A DNA stretch of 64,000 nucleotides from the human T2T-CHM13v2.0 reference genome, Homo sapiens (GCF_009914755.1 NC_060933.1); one strand, 5' to 3'. Positions 30,768 to 48,191 are shown, counted from the stretch's first letter. Program-made: numbers and translations. The notes: a model not told the origin generated them from the sequence alone.

Positions 30768-31739
30768 GAATTGCCACAGAAGGTCAGTAGGTTCACAGGC
30801 CCTAGGCTAAGAACCAGCATTCTGTATATTTTACATGTGTTCTCTTACAAGTTACCGTGTGATTCAGTTCACTCCAAACTGCGGTTAAGTGCAAAACATG
30901 GTTTTGAATATTTCTATCAATTAGTAAGAGTGGTATGTTAATTTAAATACACCAAAGTGGAGAATTACTGTCCTCTCAATAGCTACTTTAAATAGACATA
31001 AGTTACAGTGATATTGCCTTCCAGGAGGCTTCAAGAAATGAGATCAGGCTCTATAAAAGAAAATCACCCAACCCTATAAAGTCATCTTTATGAACTTTGA
31101 AACACCACTGTATGTACCTAGTAAAAATTATTCCTGGGTAAGCAGACTCCCAGGCCTGGGTGGAGTTCACATGAGTCCCTTTGCTAAAATAAACAGAAGT
31201 GACTGGGAACTTTGGATTGCCTTTGTCTGAACTTGAGTGTCTGGATGGATCAGCATCAGCAGCATACCACACACCTGCTTGTCCAGCCAAAGAGAAACCC
31301 AAAGACTTGGCATTTGTTTTTTACATTGTCAACTGTGCAAAAATATCACGATTCTAATTTATGAGGGTCCATGAGTTTTAAAAACACCCCCTGACATTTT
31401 TCTAGCCAAATAATTTTTCCTTTAAAAGGCACAGGATGAGCAACAAGATTAGGTAGATCACTTCAATCTCTAATTTCAAAAGATAATAGTTAAAAATTCA
31501 ACTGTAGGACTAACACATTAACTATGTAATAAGACCCAGAATAGTCTTTGGAGCAAATTTCAGTGGATACTTGATCAAAATAATGTTGAAGACAAAATCT
31601 TGAATTGATGATATTTATCTGATACAATTATTTACATAACAAATGTTAAAAGAATTAGAAAAATTTCATAGGTAAGATGTTCATTATCTTCAAGTGAAGT
31701 TACTTGCTTTATATTAAGAACCACAAAAACTTACTAAAC

Positions 31740-32046
31740 TTTTTTTTTTAAAAGGGTCTCACTCTGTCACCCAGGCTGGACCGGAGTGGCTCAATCACAG
31801 CTCACTGCAGCCTTGATCTACCCAGATTCAAGTGATCTTCCCACCTCTGCCTCCCAAGTAACTGGGACTATAGGCACATGCCACCATGCCTGGCTAATAT
31901 CTCTCTTTTCTTTTTTTTTCCCCTTATTTTGTAGGGACAAGTTTTCTCCATGTTGCTGAGGCTGGTCTTGAACTCCTGGGCTCAAGTGATCCTCCTACCT
32001 CAGCCTCCCAAAGTGCTGGAGTTATAGGCATGAGCTACTTTGCCCC
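31740..32046 (-). mobile_element. AluJ-type element
   Basis: Diverged full antisense Alu. Confidence 0.88.
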
Positions 32047-32344
32047 CTAGCAGACGTCTTACTTTTTTTTTTAATTTGGTATTAGATTGAGCCAATGACT
32101 AATTTCAAACATTTATAAATTACTAAATTCTTTTTTTTAATTATACTTTACGTTTTAGGGTACATGTGCACAACGTGCAGGTTTGTTACCTATGTATACA
32201 TGTGCCATGTTGGTGTGCTGCACCCAGTAACTCGTCATTTAATATTAGGTATATCTCCTAATGCTATCCCTCCCCCCTCCCCCCACCCCACAACAGGCCC
32301 CGGTGTGTGATGTTCCCCTTCCTGTGTCCATTTGTTCTCATTGT

Positions 32345-36158
<3,814 letters not shown>

Positions 36159-36221
36159 TATGATGTTAGCTGGTTATTTTGCTCATTAGTTGATGAAGTT
36201 TCTTCCTAGCCTTGATGGTCT

Positions 36222-37232
36222 TTACAATTTGGCATGTTTTTGCAGTGGCTGGTAGTGGTTGTTCCTTTCCATGTTTAGTGCTTTCTTCAGGAACTCTTTT
36301 AGGGCAGGCCTGGTGGTGACAAAATCTCTTAGCATTTGCTTTTCTGTAAAGTATTTTATTTCTCCTTCACTTATGAAGCTTAGTTTGGCTGGATATGAAA
36401 TTCTGGGTTGAAAATTCTTTTCTTTAAGAATGTTGAATATTGGCCCCCACTCTCTTCTGGCTTGTAGAGTTTCTACCGAGAGATCAGCTGTTAGTCTGAT
36501 GGGCTTCCCTTTGTGGGTAACCCGACCTTTCTCTCTGGCTGCCCTTAACATTTTTTCCTTCATTTCAACTTTGGCAAATCCGACAATTATGTGTCTTGGA
36601 GTTGCTCTTCTTGAGGAGTATCTTTGTGGCGTTCTCTGTATTTCCTGAATTTGAATGTTGGCCTGCCTTGCTAGATTGGGGAAGTTCTCCTGGATAATAT
36701 CCTGCAGAGTGTTTTCCAACTTGGTTCCATTCTGCCCGTCACTTTCAGGTACTCCAATCAGAAGTAGATTTGGTCTTTTCACATAGTCCCATATTTCTTG
36801 GAGGCTTTGTTTGTTTCTTTTTATTCTTTTTCCTCTAAACTTCTTGCTTCTTTTCATTCATTTGATCTTCCATCACTGATACCCTTTCTTCCAGTTGATC
36901 GAATCGGCTACTGAGGCTTGTGCATTCGTCATGTAGTTCTCGTGCCTTGGTTTTCAGCTCCGTCAGGTCCTTTAAAGACTTCTCTGCGTTGGTTATTCTA
37001 GTTAGCCATTTGTCTAATTTTTTTTCAAGGTTTTTAACTTCTTTGCCATGGGTTCGAACTTCCTCCTTTAGCTTGGAGTAGTTTGATCATCTGAAGCCTT
37101 CTTCTCTCAACTCGTCAAAGTCATTCTCCATCCAGCTTTGTTCCATTGCTGGTGAGGAGCTGCATTCCTTTGGAGGAGGAGAGGCACTCTGATTTTTAGA
37201 GTTTCCAGTTTTTCTGCTCTGTTTTTTCCCAT
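36222..37232 (-). pseudogene. L1 ORF1 (RNA-binding protein), frameshifted
   Basis: ATG at 37232; 211-aa C-terminal piece with QEIWDYVKRPNL, ARREWG, YPAKLSF. Confidence 0.92.
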
Positions 37233-37604
37233 CTTTGTGGTTTTATCTACCTTTGGTGTTTGATGATGGTGACGTACAGATGGGGTTTTGGTGTGGATGT
37301 CCTTTCTGTTTGTTAGTTTTCCTTCTAACAGTCAGGACCCTCAGCTGCAGGTCTGTTGGAGTTTGCTGGAGGTCCACTCCAGACGCTGTTTGCCTGGGTA
37401 TCAGCAGCGGAGGCTGCAGAACGGCGAATGTTGCTGAACAGCAAATGTTCCTGCCTGATTGTTCCTCTGGAAGCTTCGTCTCAGAGGGGTACCCAGCCGT
37501 GTGAGGTGTCAGTCTGCCCCTACTGGGGGGTGCCTCACAGTTAGGCTACTCGGGGGTCAGGGACCCACCTGAGGAGGCAGTCTGTCCATTCTCAGATCTC
37601 AAAC

Positions 37605-38290
37605 TGGTTTCAAAGAACATCTTTATTTCTGCCTTCATTTTGTTATGTACCCAGTAGTCATTCAGGAGTGGGTAGTTCAGTTTCCATGTAGGTGAGCGGT
37701 TTTGAGTGAGTTTCTTAATCTTGAGTTCTAGTTTGCACTGTGGTCTGAGAGACAGTTTGTTATAATTTCTGTTCTTTTACATTTGCTGAGGAGTGCTTTA
37801 CTTCCAACTATGTGGTCAATTTTGGAATAAGTGCAGTGTGGTTCTGAGAAGAATGTATATTCTGTTGTTTTGGGGTGGAGAGTTCTGTAGATGTCTATTA
37901 GGTCCGCTTGGTGCAGAGCTGACTTCAATTCCTGGATATCCTTGTTAACTTTCTGTCTCGTTGATCTGTCTAATGTTGACAGTGGGGTGTTAAAGTGTCC
38001 TATTATTATTGTGTGGGAGTCTAAGTCTCCTTGTAGGTTTCTAAGGACTTGCTTTATGAATCTTGGTGCTCCTGTATTGGGTGCATACAGATTTAGGATA
38101 GTTAGCTCTTCTTGTTGAATTGATCCCTTACCATTATGTAATGGCCTTCTTTGTCTCTTTTGATTTTGTTGGTTTAAAGTCTGTTTTATCAGAGACTAGG
38201 ATTGCAACCCCTGCCTTTTTTTGTTTTCCATTTGCTTGGTAGATCTTCCTCCATCCCTTTATTTTGAGCCTATGTGTGTTTCTGCACATG
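37605..38290 (-). repeat. 686-bp direct duplicate of L1 ORF2 segment 35337-36022
   Basis: No mismatch found by eye at a constant offset of 2268; ORF track gives identical 66-aa and 75-aa translations in both copies. Confidence 0.95.
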
Positions 38291-38355
38291 GTGATGGGAG
38301 GTACTGGTATTACAAAAAGCTTCTCCCCCGTGGGTCAAATCTAAGCTGAGTGTTG

Positions 38356-38356
38356 G
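38356..38356. other. rs10757274 position, G allele
   Basis: Flank recalled as CTAAGCTGAGTGTTG[A/G]GACATAATTG; needs dbSNP confirmation. Confidence 0.75.
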
Positions 38357-38529
38357 GACATAATTGAAATTCACTAGATAGATAGGAGATAGGGGTAGGG
38401 AATTCTAATCAGAGGGAATAGCACATGTAAGGCAAACAATACAGTGCATCTGGGAAAGCTATACAATTTTATTGTTATAGGACAAATGTTGGGGAATGTT
38501 GAGAGATGGAACTGGAGAGTGAGGCAGAA

Positions 38530-38760
38530 GTTAGCATTTATTCATTTATTCAGCAGACCTTTATCTATTACCTACATTGCACTAAGTACTGTGTGAGCAT
38601 TAGAGAGAAAAAGATGAATGAGATTGGACACCATTCGTTCATTCCTGACTATGAACTTGGCATTGTTCTAGGTACCAGAGATATAATAATGAGAAACAGA
38701 CATGCTCCCTCCCCTCATTGAGGTTACAGCTTAGTGTGGAGACACACAGATGCCTAACGC
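38530..38760 (-). mobile_element. L2 3'-end remnants (source of exon 13)
   Basis: ttcattt/cattc repeats then ggcattgttctagg...acagacatg.tccct.ccctcat. Confidence 0.55.
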
Positions 38761-38814
38761 ACTATGGTATGGAAGGTGCTATGGACACAGTGCTCAAATC
38801 CATGATCTACATAG
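38672..38814 (+). ncRNA. CDKN2B-AS1: ANRIL exon 13 of the long isoform (143 nt, L2-derived)
   Basis: ttgttctAG|gtaccagag ... ctacatag|GTatga. Confidence 0.85.
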
Positions 38815-39557
38815 GTATGAGAGTGACTTTTCTACAACTTAAATCTGATCTTGTTATTCCCTGCTTAAAATCCTGCAGTAGCTCCCAGTAGTGCCTTCTG
38901 GTTAAAATACAAGATATATAGTATGACCTCTCAAGGACCTTTGTTATTTGTCTCTGGCCACCTCTCCAATTTTTCACCATGACCCTGGCCCTGTCCCACT
39001 GGCATTCCATCTCCAATCACACGGAACTATGTGGAGTTATTAAAATGCCCTATGTTATTTCAAGACTCAGAGATTTAGTGCCTCAGCCTGTTTTGTTCCC
39101 TCTCCCCTCCTCCACCTGGCCTTCTCCAGCTCACTCATCAATCTATTAGACTCAGGCATCATCTGCTTGCCTTCGTAACCCTCCCCACCCCGCTCACCTT
39201 GCTGGATTCTGTGCCTTTGCTTGCTGGTTCCCAGAGATCCCTGCCCTTATTTTTCTTTGCCTGCTGGATTTGCAGTGTTGTGTCCTATATGGTGTAGAAA
39301 ACCAGCTCAGGCTCCCACTTCTCTGGGCTTATGTGGTCAGATGCAGACCTGTCTTCCATCCATACCAAAGGCCATCAGGGAGTTTCTTTTGTCCTCTTCA
39401 CCAGCCCATTCTTAATCTTTCTGATAAATTTTCTGCACTGTGTGCGCGTGACAAATTGGGTCAAGGTGATGGTAATTTACAGCATGAGATGGTGAACTTG
39501 CTGCCTGTGCTGATGAGCCCATTGGATTTCCCCTAACTAGTCTGTTTCCCTACCCAG

Positions 39558-39664
39558 GTGGAGAACTTCAGTAGAGGAAGTGGCAGGAATTTGGGAATGA
39601 GGAGCACAGTGATTAAACTGGGGCCATTCATATGAGAGTTTAAGAACTCAGACCAGTGACTTAG
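39558..39664 (+). ncRNA. CDKN2B-AS1: ANRIL exon 14 (107 nt)
   Basis: tttccctacccAG|gtggagaac ... gacttag|GTgagt. Confidence 0.9.
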
Positions 39665-40441
39665 GTGAGTAAAAATATCAGAAAAAGGGAAAGAGGATAA
39701 GAGCAACTTGGGCCATAATTAAACTTGTCAATGAAATGAAGGTCTGTTATTCTAATGCCTACATTTTGCCAAACCTTTGTGCTTATAACTTCATCATTTG
39801 CTGTGATTAACAAAGTTGAAAGAATAATAACTACTTACAAGGCCCACATCACCTCCTTATACCACTAGCTTTTGCTTTCCGTACAGACATAGCTTTAAAA
39901 AGTGCAAATCCTATTCTGTACCTGAGCCACAACCCTAAAAGGGAACTTGTTTACAATTCTAAGAATAATATTGTCCTTTAAAGGTGAAGGCTCGCTGGAA
40001 AACATGCCATTCATGTGATAAAAAGCAGGTAGCAGGTAGTGCTAAAGACTTACTAGACTGCATGTTTGTGCTTTCTGCTGCATTCCTCTAATCTCAAGGC
40101 AGTATAAGGAGATAACATCTTCACAGCCCTTTCAGCCCTGTTGCAATTTCTTTGACCCTGGCCTGATATAAAAGGCAAACTTGGTTTTTCACTGTTCTAG
40201 TCATGCAGTTTCTTTGTGGTTCCCTTTAGAAAGACTTGAGGCTATGAGTCAAAGCTTTTACGTCTTGCTGATAGTTCAGAGTTGTGATGTGAAGCAATAA
40301 ATAAAATCCCTCCTTCCACATACTTGTCTCCTTGATTAGAATCATTCTGGGCAAATTTAGAGGCTCATAAAGTCCATTTAGATATTTAGTGAAAAAACAC
40401 CAGCACTCAGAACAGAATGTTGATAATGTAGATGGAATATC

Positions 40442-40454
40442 TTTCTCTCTCTGT

Positions 40455-40488
<34 letters not shown>

Positions 40489-40600
40489 TTATATATGTGT
40501 GTATTTATATTATATATGTGTATATTTATATATGTGTGTGTATACATTTATATGTGTATATGTATTTATAGTAAATATATCACATGTATTTATATATAGT
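40442..40600. repeat. (TC)n(TG)n followed by a TA/TG-rich low-complexity tract
   Basis: Read directly. Confidence 0.9.
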
Positions 40601-40874
40601 AAAAAAGAGGGGACTATAATATATCTTTATATGTTAGCATTTATTTTAAAAAGAAAACACAGGAATATCTAAAAGAAACTATTACTTATAGGGGTTATGG
40701 GAAATGCCATGGGCAAGAATTTTTTTTTTTTTTATCACCATGCTTTCTGAAACAACACGATATGTATCACCTTTATAAAAATAAAATAAAATAAAAAATG
40801 AAAAACAAAGTCCACTTGTAACCACATGTCAGTAGCATGTTTGCTTTCAGGGTACATCAAATGCATTCTATAGC

Positions 40875-40875
40875 G
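40875..40875. other. rs4977574 position, G allele
   Basis: Flank recalled as GCATTCTATAGC[A/G]CAGGATG; spacing from rs10757274 is consistent; needs dbSNP confirmation. Confidence 0.75.
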
Positions 40876-42439
40876 CAGGATGTTCCAGTCACTCTAACAA
40901 AAGATGTCCTGTTTGGAACGCCAACTCTGTATCAGTTACTTCAGACACTTTCTCTCATTGAGTCCCTTCAGCAAGCCCTTTTAGGTTTATGTTCTTAGAT
41001 GAGGAAACCAAGTCTTAGAAACATTAACTGGCCAAACTAAGATCAGAGAGTTAGAAATGTCAGAGCCCAGAACTGGCATCTTCTGACTTCAGATCCCATG
41101 TACTTTCCCCTACACTGTGCTGACCACACCTCCATTACTACAGATGTGTTGATTACATCTAGGGGCCAAAGTACACATTCATCCAATAAATGCTTACTGA
41201 ATGCTTACCGTGTTCAGGGCACTGTGGCAATCTTTTGTAATGCAAGAAAAATAAGAGTAGTGAAGACAGTCAAGGAAACAAAGAAGCCTAATACTAGGCA
41301 AGAAGTGCTTTTGATGGAATTAAGCACAATGAGGGTGTTAGTACAGAAAGGACATTTAATTGAACTGGGAAAGTTCATGGCAGTTTTCCCAGAGATGAGT
41401 CTTGAAGGACAAATGGTATTTAGCCAGGAGGAAAGGGGGTCAAGTGTATTCCAGGGAGAGGGAACAACATGTACAAAAGCACAGTTTTGAAAGAACACTC
41501 CATTTTTGAGGAATAGCCAATAGCTGGGCACGTCTAGAGCATAGGGTAGTAGAGAGAAAGGAGGCCGGAAATGGGAAGAGACTTGAATGCCACATTCAGT
41601 TATGTGGACTTCATCTTGTAGCAATGGGAGCCTACAAAATTTTAAGTAGAGGAATAAAAAGATTCCATCTAAAACTTAGAAAAATTACTTTGGCAGGATA
41701 AGAGACAATGAATTGACGGGGAGCTGGGTTTGATAGCAAGAAACTGTTTGGGAGACTGTTCTAATTACATATTTTCTTGTTTTTAGATGCACATATACGT
41801 ACTTTTTTAGCTGGTCATTTCTTTCTGAAATTGGAATGAATCTTACAATCAATGGCATGTTATAATTTAATTGGCAGCATTATTTGTCTCTTAAGGGCCC
41901 CCAAATAATAGTGTGTCACATAACTGATAGCATCTCAAATTAGATGAAATACAGTAGTCCAGGCAAGAAATACTGAGATGGTGGGGTGGTAAAGAGGGAA
42001 AAGATTTGAGCCACATTTAGATCCTGATGTGGTATTAATTATTAAGTAAAAAAAAAGGAATGTGCAGTACATATTCAGTATGCCACAAGTTGTGGAAAAA
42101 AGGTGTGCATGGATAGATGCACATGTATGTATTCATAAAGTTAATGTGGATGCATAAAGCGTCTCTAGAATGATACACAAGAAACAAATAACACCCGTGG
42201 CTTTTAGTGGGGGGCATTGGGTGGCTGAGGGAGAACAGCGGTAGGAAAATTTTTCATTGTGTTCTATTTTGTACATTTGATAGTTTGAACTAGTCGTATT
42301 ATGCACTTCAAATATGTAAAAAGATAAAAAGTAAGAGATATTTAGAAAGGAGCATTGACACATTTGTTGACAGATTGGTTATGGGATAAAGGCGATAGTA
42401 TTTTATTGACTATATTTTATTCTTTTAATTATTCCTCTA

Positions 42440-43340
42440 ATTTCTTAAAACAACTTTATTGAGGTATAACTTCCACGCTATAATTTCACCCATTTTAAGT
42501 GCATGAATTCAGTGATTTTTAGTAGAGTCATTGAGTAGTGTAACCATTCCTACAATGGTTATAGCACATTTTTATCATCCTAATGAGATCCTTCATGCTC
42601 ATTTATTTAATCTCCATTCCCATCTCCATCCCCAGGCAACCATAATCTTCCATGTTTTTAAAATAGCTTTGCCTATTTTTGGATGTTTCATACAAATGGA
42701 ATCATACAAAAGGTGGTGTTCTGTGTCTAGCTTCTTTCCCTTAGGATAATGTTTTCTGGTTTATAAATGTTGCAAATGTCAGTATGATACTTCATTCCTT
42801 TTTATTTGTGTCTACAAAATACTCTATTTTATGTATATACCACCTTTTGTTTTTCTGTTCATCAGTTGAAGAACATTGCAGCCGTTTTTGCTTTTTGACT
42901 TTTATGAATAATGCTGTTATAAACGTTTATGTTTAAGTCTTTGTGTGGAAGTATTTTTTCATTTCCTTGGGTAGACACCTAGAAGTAGGATGTTGTATGG
43001 AAAATTAATGTTTGACTTTTTAAGAAACTGTTTTCCAAAGTGGCTGTAACAGTTTACACTTCTACTAACAATGTATGGAGGTTCCCACTTCTCCACATCT
43101 TTGCTTACACTTATTATTGCCTGTCTTTTTGGCAGACTTAAGCCTAGTGGTTGTGAAGTGGTACTTCATTGTGGGTTTGACTTCCATTCCCCTAATGACC
43201 AATGATTTCGGACATCTTTCAAGTGCTTATTAACCATTCACGTGTCTTCTGTGATGAAATGTCTATTTGAATATTTTGCCCAATTTAAAACTGGGTTGTT
43301 TACCTCCCTATTCTTGACTTGTTAGGATTCTTTGTATTTT
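42440..43340 (-). mobile_element. Old L1M (L1MB/MC-like) 3' region
   Basis: aactttattgaggtataa...aaatggaatcatac...ccacttctccacatc motifs. Confidence 0.75.
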
Positions 43341-43965
43341 TAACTTTAATTTGACTGAGGATAATGATCCACCAGTAAAGAGATGCATTTATTTCTGTAT
43401 TTATGAAAATCTTTAAAATTCCTCTACCTTTCAGAGACACCCTTCAACAGACTGCGCTTCTTATTTTCAGAGTATGTATTTCCATGATAACACAAGTATC
43501 AATTATAAATATTAATTACAACTTTCCCTCCTCACTGCAGACTCAACCAAGAGTTATAAATCTGTGTATTACTTTCAATGCTCATAACAATCTTCTTAAC
43601 CACCATAAGCAGACTGAAAAAGTCAATCTAGTTGAATTGTTTTACTTTATAATGCTTTTATAAGATACTCAGTCTGAAACTGAAAGATAGGTAGCTCTAG
43701 AAATGTGATAAATGGCCACAGAAGTAACAACTTTTAATAAATTAAATTATGGATGTTATGTCAATTTTAAGTAATGTCTCAGTTTTATATCTTGTTACCT
43801 GACCTAAATATCATTCCCTTTAGTAAAATATCTATTAAAGCTTTGTGGCAAAATAAGAACAGAAAAATGGTTTTTGATTTTCAGCTTTCTCTGGTGAATA
43901 ATTTGTTTTCTTTTATTTTTCCTTCTAAAATAATCACACGTTTCATTGCAACCCTAACCCTCTTC

Positions 43966-43966
<1 letters not shown>

Positions 43967-43995
<29 letters not shown>
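43967..43995. repeat. (AC)n
   Basis: Read directly. Confidence 0.95.
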
Positions 43996-43998
<3 letters not shown>

Positions 43999-44644
43999 CT
44001 TCTAGATTCTACATGTACAAGAGTGCAAATCAAACTACCATAGAAAAACTAAGAAGAGAGGCCTAGAAGCAAGAGGCTGATACACTATCTCAGGCTTCAA
44101 CAAAATATTTATCTCTGACTATACCAAGGATGGGCAGAGCTTGCATGTAAGTGGCTTGGGCTAGCAGACTGGGTTTTGAAGGAGGACAACATGGCCATGT
44201 TCTTGGTTCGGTCATGAACTGTCTATGGCACATACCTTAAATACTGTTGGAAGGATCCGTTAGCTCCAGAGACTGCAACCAACTGCCTATGGTCATAACT
44301 CAGCTCTCAGACACATTTTGTTGTGCCCACAGAGTGCTGTTTGCCTGTTTGGTTTTTAAACCAACACTTAAAATGCAGGGAATTTAAGATAAAAATTTGA
44401 TAAAAATGGGAAGATTTGGCCGTATTGGGCTCATGGTAACTGAGATGCATCTGAATGATAGGCATTCCTTTGAATTGCACATTTGCTCTTGTTTTTACTA
44501 TAGGCCACTCTCACTTTCTGTTTTTTTCCCCGGCTTTGAAACGATCAGTTTTAGTACTGAAAAATTATCTAGGATACTAAAACCAGAATTTCTCTGCTAG
44601 ATGGCTTGCTCATTACATTACCTACATGATTCTGTGTAAGGGAT

Positions 44645-44965
44645 TGTGTAAGTTTTCTATGGTTGCCATAACTATCACAAACTTGATGGCTTTATAACAA
44701 CAGAAATGTATTTACAGTTTGGAGGCAGAAGGTCTAAAATCAAGACTTCTGATTTTAGTCTGTCCAAGAGCCTCTGCTGGTAGGGCCATGCTCTCGGCAG
44801 AGGCTCTTGGGGAGAATCTGTTCCTTGCCTCTTCCACCTTCTGGTGGCTTCAGGTGTTTTGTGGCTTGTGGCTGTATCACTCCAATTTCTGCCTCTGTTT
44901 TCGTATGGCCTTCTACTCTGCTCCTTTAGTCTCTCCTTTAGGCTGTTTCTTATAAGACACTCACC
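44645..44965 (-). mobile_element. MLT1 (B-D-like) LTR
   Basis: acaacagaaatgtatt, agggccatgctc, ggagaatctgttccttgcctcttcca, cttgtggctgtatcactccaat. Confidence 0.7.
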
Positions 44966-45423
44966 TAAAACCCAAAAACAATCTAAAAGATTTTGCAAAT
45001 ATGAACATTCTAATTACCTTAGAGTTAAGATTTTCTTTTCTGCTAAGTGAGGGCATGGTGCAGAGAGCAGGAAAGATGTGAAACTAGATAGCATACAAAA
45101 ATAGGTGTTCATAGATCTGGGCCTAACAAGGGTGTGGCCAGCAACTCTGCCCTGCTTTATCAGCATTAGAAAGCCAGTCCTCTCAGAAAGTGCCCAGTTA
45201 GCTAAATTCATGAGATTATAGACTATTAAGGTGGAATGGACCTCAGAGATGGTCCTTGCTCTCATCTGAGGCTTCAGTTGGGCCAGTCAGAAATGTGGGA
45301 AAATTGAGGCAGGTCAAATAACCAGGAGTACAAACAAACACAATCTATCCAGAAAACTAGAAATCTTACTAGTGACTATTCACAGGTTACTTTCTGCATT
45401 CTGGGGTTTTCATTCTAGAACAG

Positions 45424-45424
<1 letters not shown>

Positions 45425-45468
<44 letters not shown>
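45425..45468. repeat. (TG)22
   Basis: Read directly. Confidence 0.97.
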
Positions 45469-45469
<1 letters not shown>

Positions 45470-45599
45470 TGCTTGAAGAGAGGGGAGGGGTGCCCAGAAA
45501 ACCATACCCACTTTCCCACATATCCCAACTATGACTGGGCAATTATGTCATTATCACCACTGATATATAGCTGGAAGAGTTTAGTGTTGCCCTGCTAAG

Positions 45600-45830
45600 A
45601 TCTGGATTTTCTTTTCTGGAGCTTGGCTATGGGGGCATTGAGAAGTCCAGCCAGGAGGTTGGTCAGAGGCTAACCCAAAAAGCTTTGCTTAACTCTGGGC
45701 TACAGCTGGGGGTTGCCAGAGAGAAGTGCCTGGCATTCCTGCATGCTGACATCAAGCTTCGAAGTTGCTGCCCTCTGGTGAGTCAGCAGCAAAGGCCCAC
45801 ATCGTTCGAGAATGCTGCCCAATCAGAAGA
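45600..45830. promoter_or_regulatory. Candidate enhancer with TEAD (CATTCC) and AP-1/MARE (TGAGTCAGCA) motifs
   Basis: CATTCC at 45734-45739, TGCTGACATCA at about 45744-45754, TGAGTCAGCA at 45779-45788; near the recalled rs1537373 context. Confidence 0.5.
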
Positions 45831-47569
45831 TGTGATGCCACACCTCAGAAATCTTTCTAAACCTCAGCATTCTGTAGACTTCAAACAACTCCTCCTGAGA
45901 AAGAATGTAGAAATAATTAAATTTATAAGATTAAAGTTATAAAAAGCATAGAGCCTATAATAATAACAGCAATAAGATAAACTCCACATTTGCTTTTAAA
46001 ACAATTTATTTGAGTAGACAGCCAACCCCCTGTATTGTACTCCTTTAAAAAATATTTTAGGCTTTTTAAATGCTGAGGCAAGGGGACATACCAAACACTA
46101 ACGGGCACATTGGGGTTTTCTGGCTATTGAAATAAAAATGTCCTTACATAACACTGATGTACTGGAATAGCACTGCGTTCCAGTGACGGTTATTGCAACT
46201 CAGCCAGCATATCTGTAGCTTGTGAGCTTTTCTTATCAGAATTTTATCTATAAATATACATATACGTAAATTCTATTGTGAAATAAAAATAAAATGTAGA
46301 ATCTTCTCATCTTTCTTATTAGTCAATATTGTGCTACTCTTTAATAATTTCTCTCAATTTTTTCATTAAGCAGATATTACTAGGGAAATATACATGAGGC
46401 AGAAGGCAAATTATTTGCTTAGTGCAATGCAAACTTGCTTAACAGGTAAGAGCAGAGTCCCTTCCATAGCATTGCCACCATATGGCATTGCCATATCGTG
46501 GAGGCCATAAAGAGGAATGACATTGTAAAGATTAACTGGATTTTACTTGGCAAGGTCAGGCACCTAGATGGCATGCTATAAAATGGTTAGAAGTGCAAAG
46601 GAAACCTGTAGCTAGAGGCCATGTGAGATTATGGAAGTGACTTTTCTTACAATCCTGCCATCTGGTTTGGATTGTCAGGATCAAAACATTTCACTTGCCC
46701 AAGTGAGGATGCTCTCTACATGGTTTTGGGGATGAGGGAGACTCAGAAATAATGTTTGTGGTACTGTAGCACCACTAGGAAAAGAGAAAAATTGGACCTG
46801 ACATGAAGAAAAGCATGCAGCCAGCCACTAAGACTACTTCCCACAGGACTGGAAATCTCTACCACCGTACCTCTCCTACATGCTGGGTATAAGAAGTTAA
46901 AGGGAAGCCAGATTATATTTACCTACTCTTTCATTCATTCATTCACTCATTCATTTATTCATCCATTTACCATTTGTTTGTTTTTTGTTCATTTACTTAT
47001 TTAATAAAAATTGTGTTTTGCATATTCTAGGTGCCAGGCATTGAAGAACCACTGTTATTGTTCTCAAATGACTGACAGTTTAGAGGAGAAAATGGAAGAA
47101 TAAATAGACACTTGTGATGCAATATAATAGTGCTCTAATAAGAGCAACATATATTGAATACCACTGAATATTAAATACCAGGGACTTTGCTAGGAGCTAT
47201 AAATTAATCTCCACAGTACATCTAAGATAGAAGTTTTATAATTACTCTCTTTAGGAGGAAATAGGGGTCTATAGAGGTTAAGTCTCACAGCCTGGAAGGA
47301 GTCAACAAAAAAATACTCAGCCTTAGGTATTCTGACTAGAAGCTTGGGTCCTTAACCACCTACTCACCAATTTGAAGAAAGATGATTGAAACTGCAACAG
47401 CTACACTGACTCTTGAAAGCAAAGTAACTCGTTAAATGAGGGTATGTGTATACTGGCTGGGATATTGTGGGCTCATGATGACTTGTAGGCCGAGGCAGCT
47501 GCACATATGAAGACTATGGAGGGTATATCATCAGCGGAAATGAAAGTGATTAGTGTTGGAGGTTTCAGT

Positions 47570-48075
47570 GCATATTCTGGTTTTCTATTACTGCATAACA
47601 AATCACCCTAAAATTTAGTGACTTAAATAAACATGATCATTTATTTAGCTCATGAATTTGCAAGTTGTGCAGCACTTGGGTGGGATAGCTCACCTTTCTT
47701 CCATGCAGTGTCTGCTGGGACTGCATGATTGCATGAAGCGGGGCTGGGCAGCTAGAGCTCTTCATGAATCTCTATTTTTGCATGATATTTTCACAAGGTC
47801 TCTCAAGCATGGGAGCTTCAGGTAGCAGAACTTCTGACAGGGCAGCTTAGTCCTTTGAAAGTGTATGTCTGAAAAGAGAGACTCAGGCAGATGCTATATT
47901 GCCTTTTGTGACCAAGCCTTGGAAATCACTAGTCTCTCTTGTGTTGAGGTGGTTATAAGAGCCTGTCCAGGTTCAGTAGGGAGCATAAATTTCACCTCTG
48001 AATGGAGAAGTGCCAATGTCCTGAAAAAGCATGTGGGCCCAGAAATACTGTTGTGGCAATTTTTTGAAAATCAAG
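47570..48075 (-). mobile_element. MLT1 (F/G-like) LTR
   Basis: tctattactgcataacaaatcaccctaaaatttagtgactt ... gccttttgtgaccaagccttggaaatcac. Confidence 0.6.
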
Positions 48076-48191
48076 TGTGATAAAGACAGCATAGTGTAGT
48101 CATAAAAAACAGATTAGGAGCATGATGTGCTTTGATTTCAACTATGGGCTTTATTACTTACTAACTGGGTTACTTTGGTTAAGTTGTTTGA

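Noticed and set aside
37605-38290. Duplicate explained as a twin-priming 5' inversion or as a second L1 insertion
   Set aside because: Same orientation as the donor, no tail or TSD, and shares the donor's private mutations
40838-40990. Possible extra ANRIL exon starting at tttgctttcAG|ggtacatc and covering rs4977574
   Set aside because: Acceptor-like, but I see no convincing donor and do not recall such an exon
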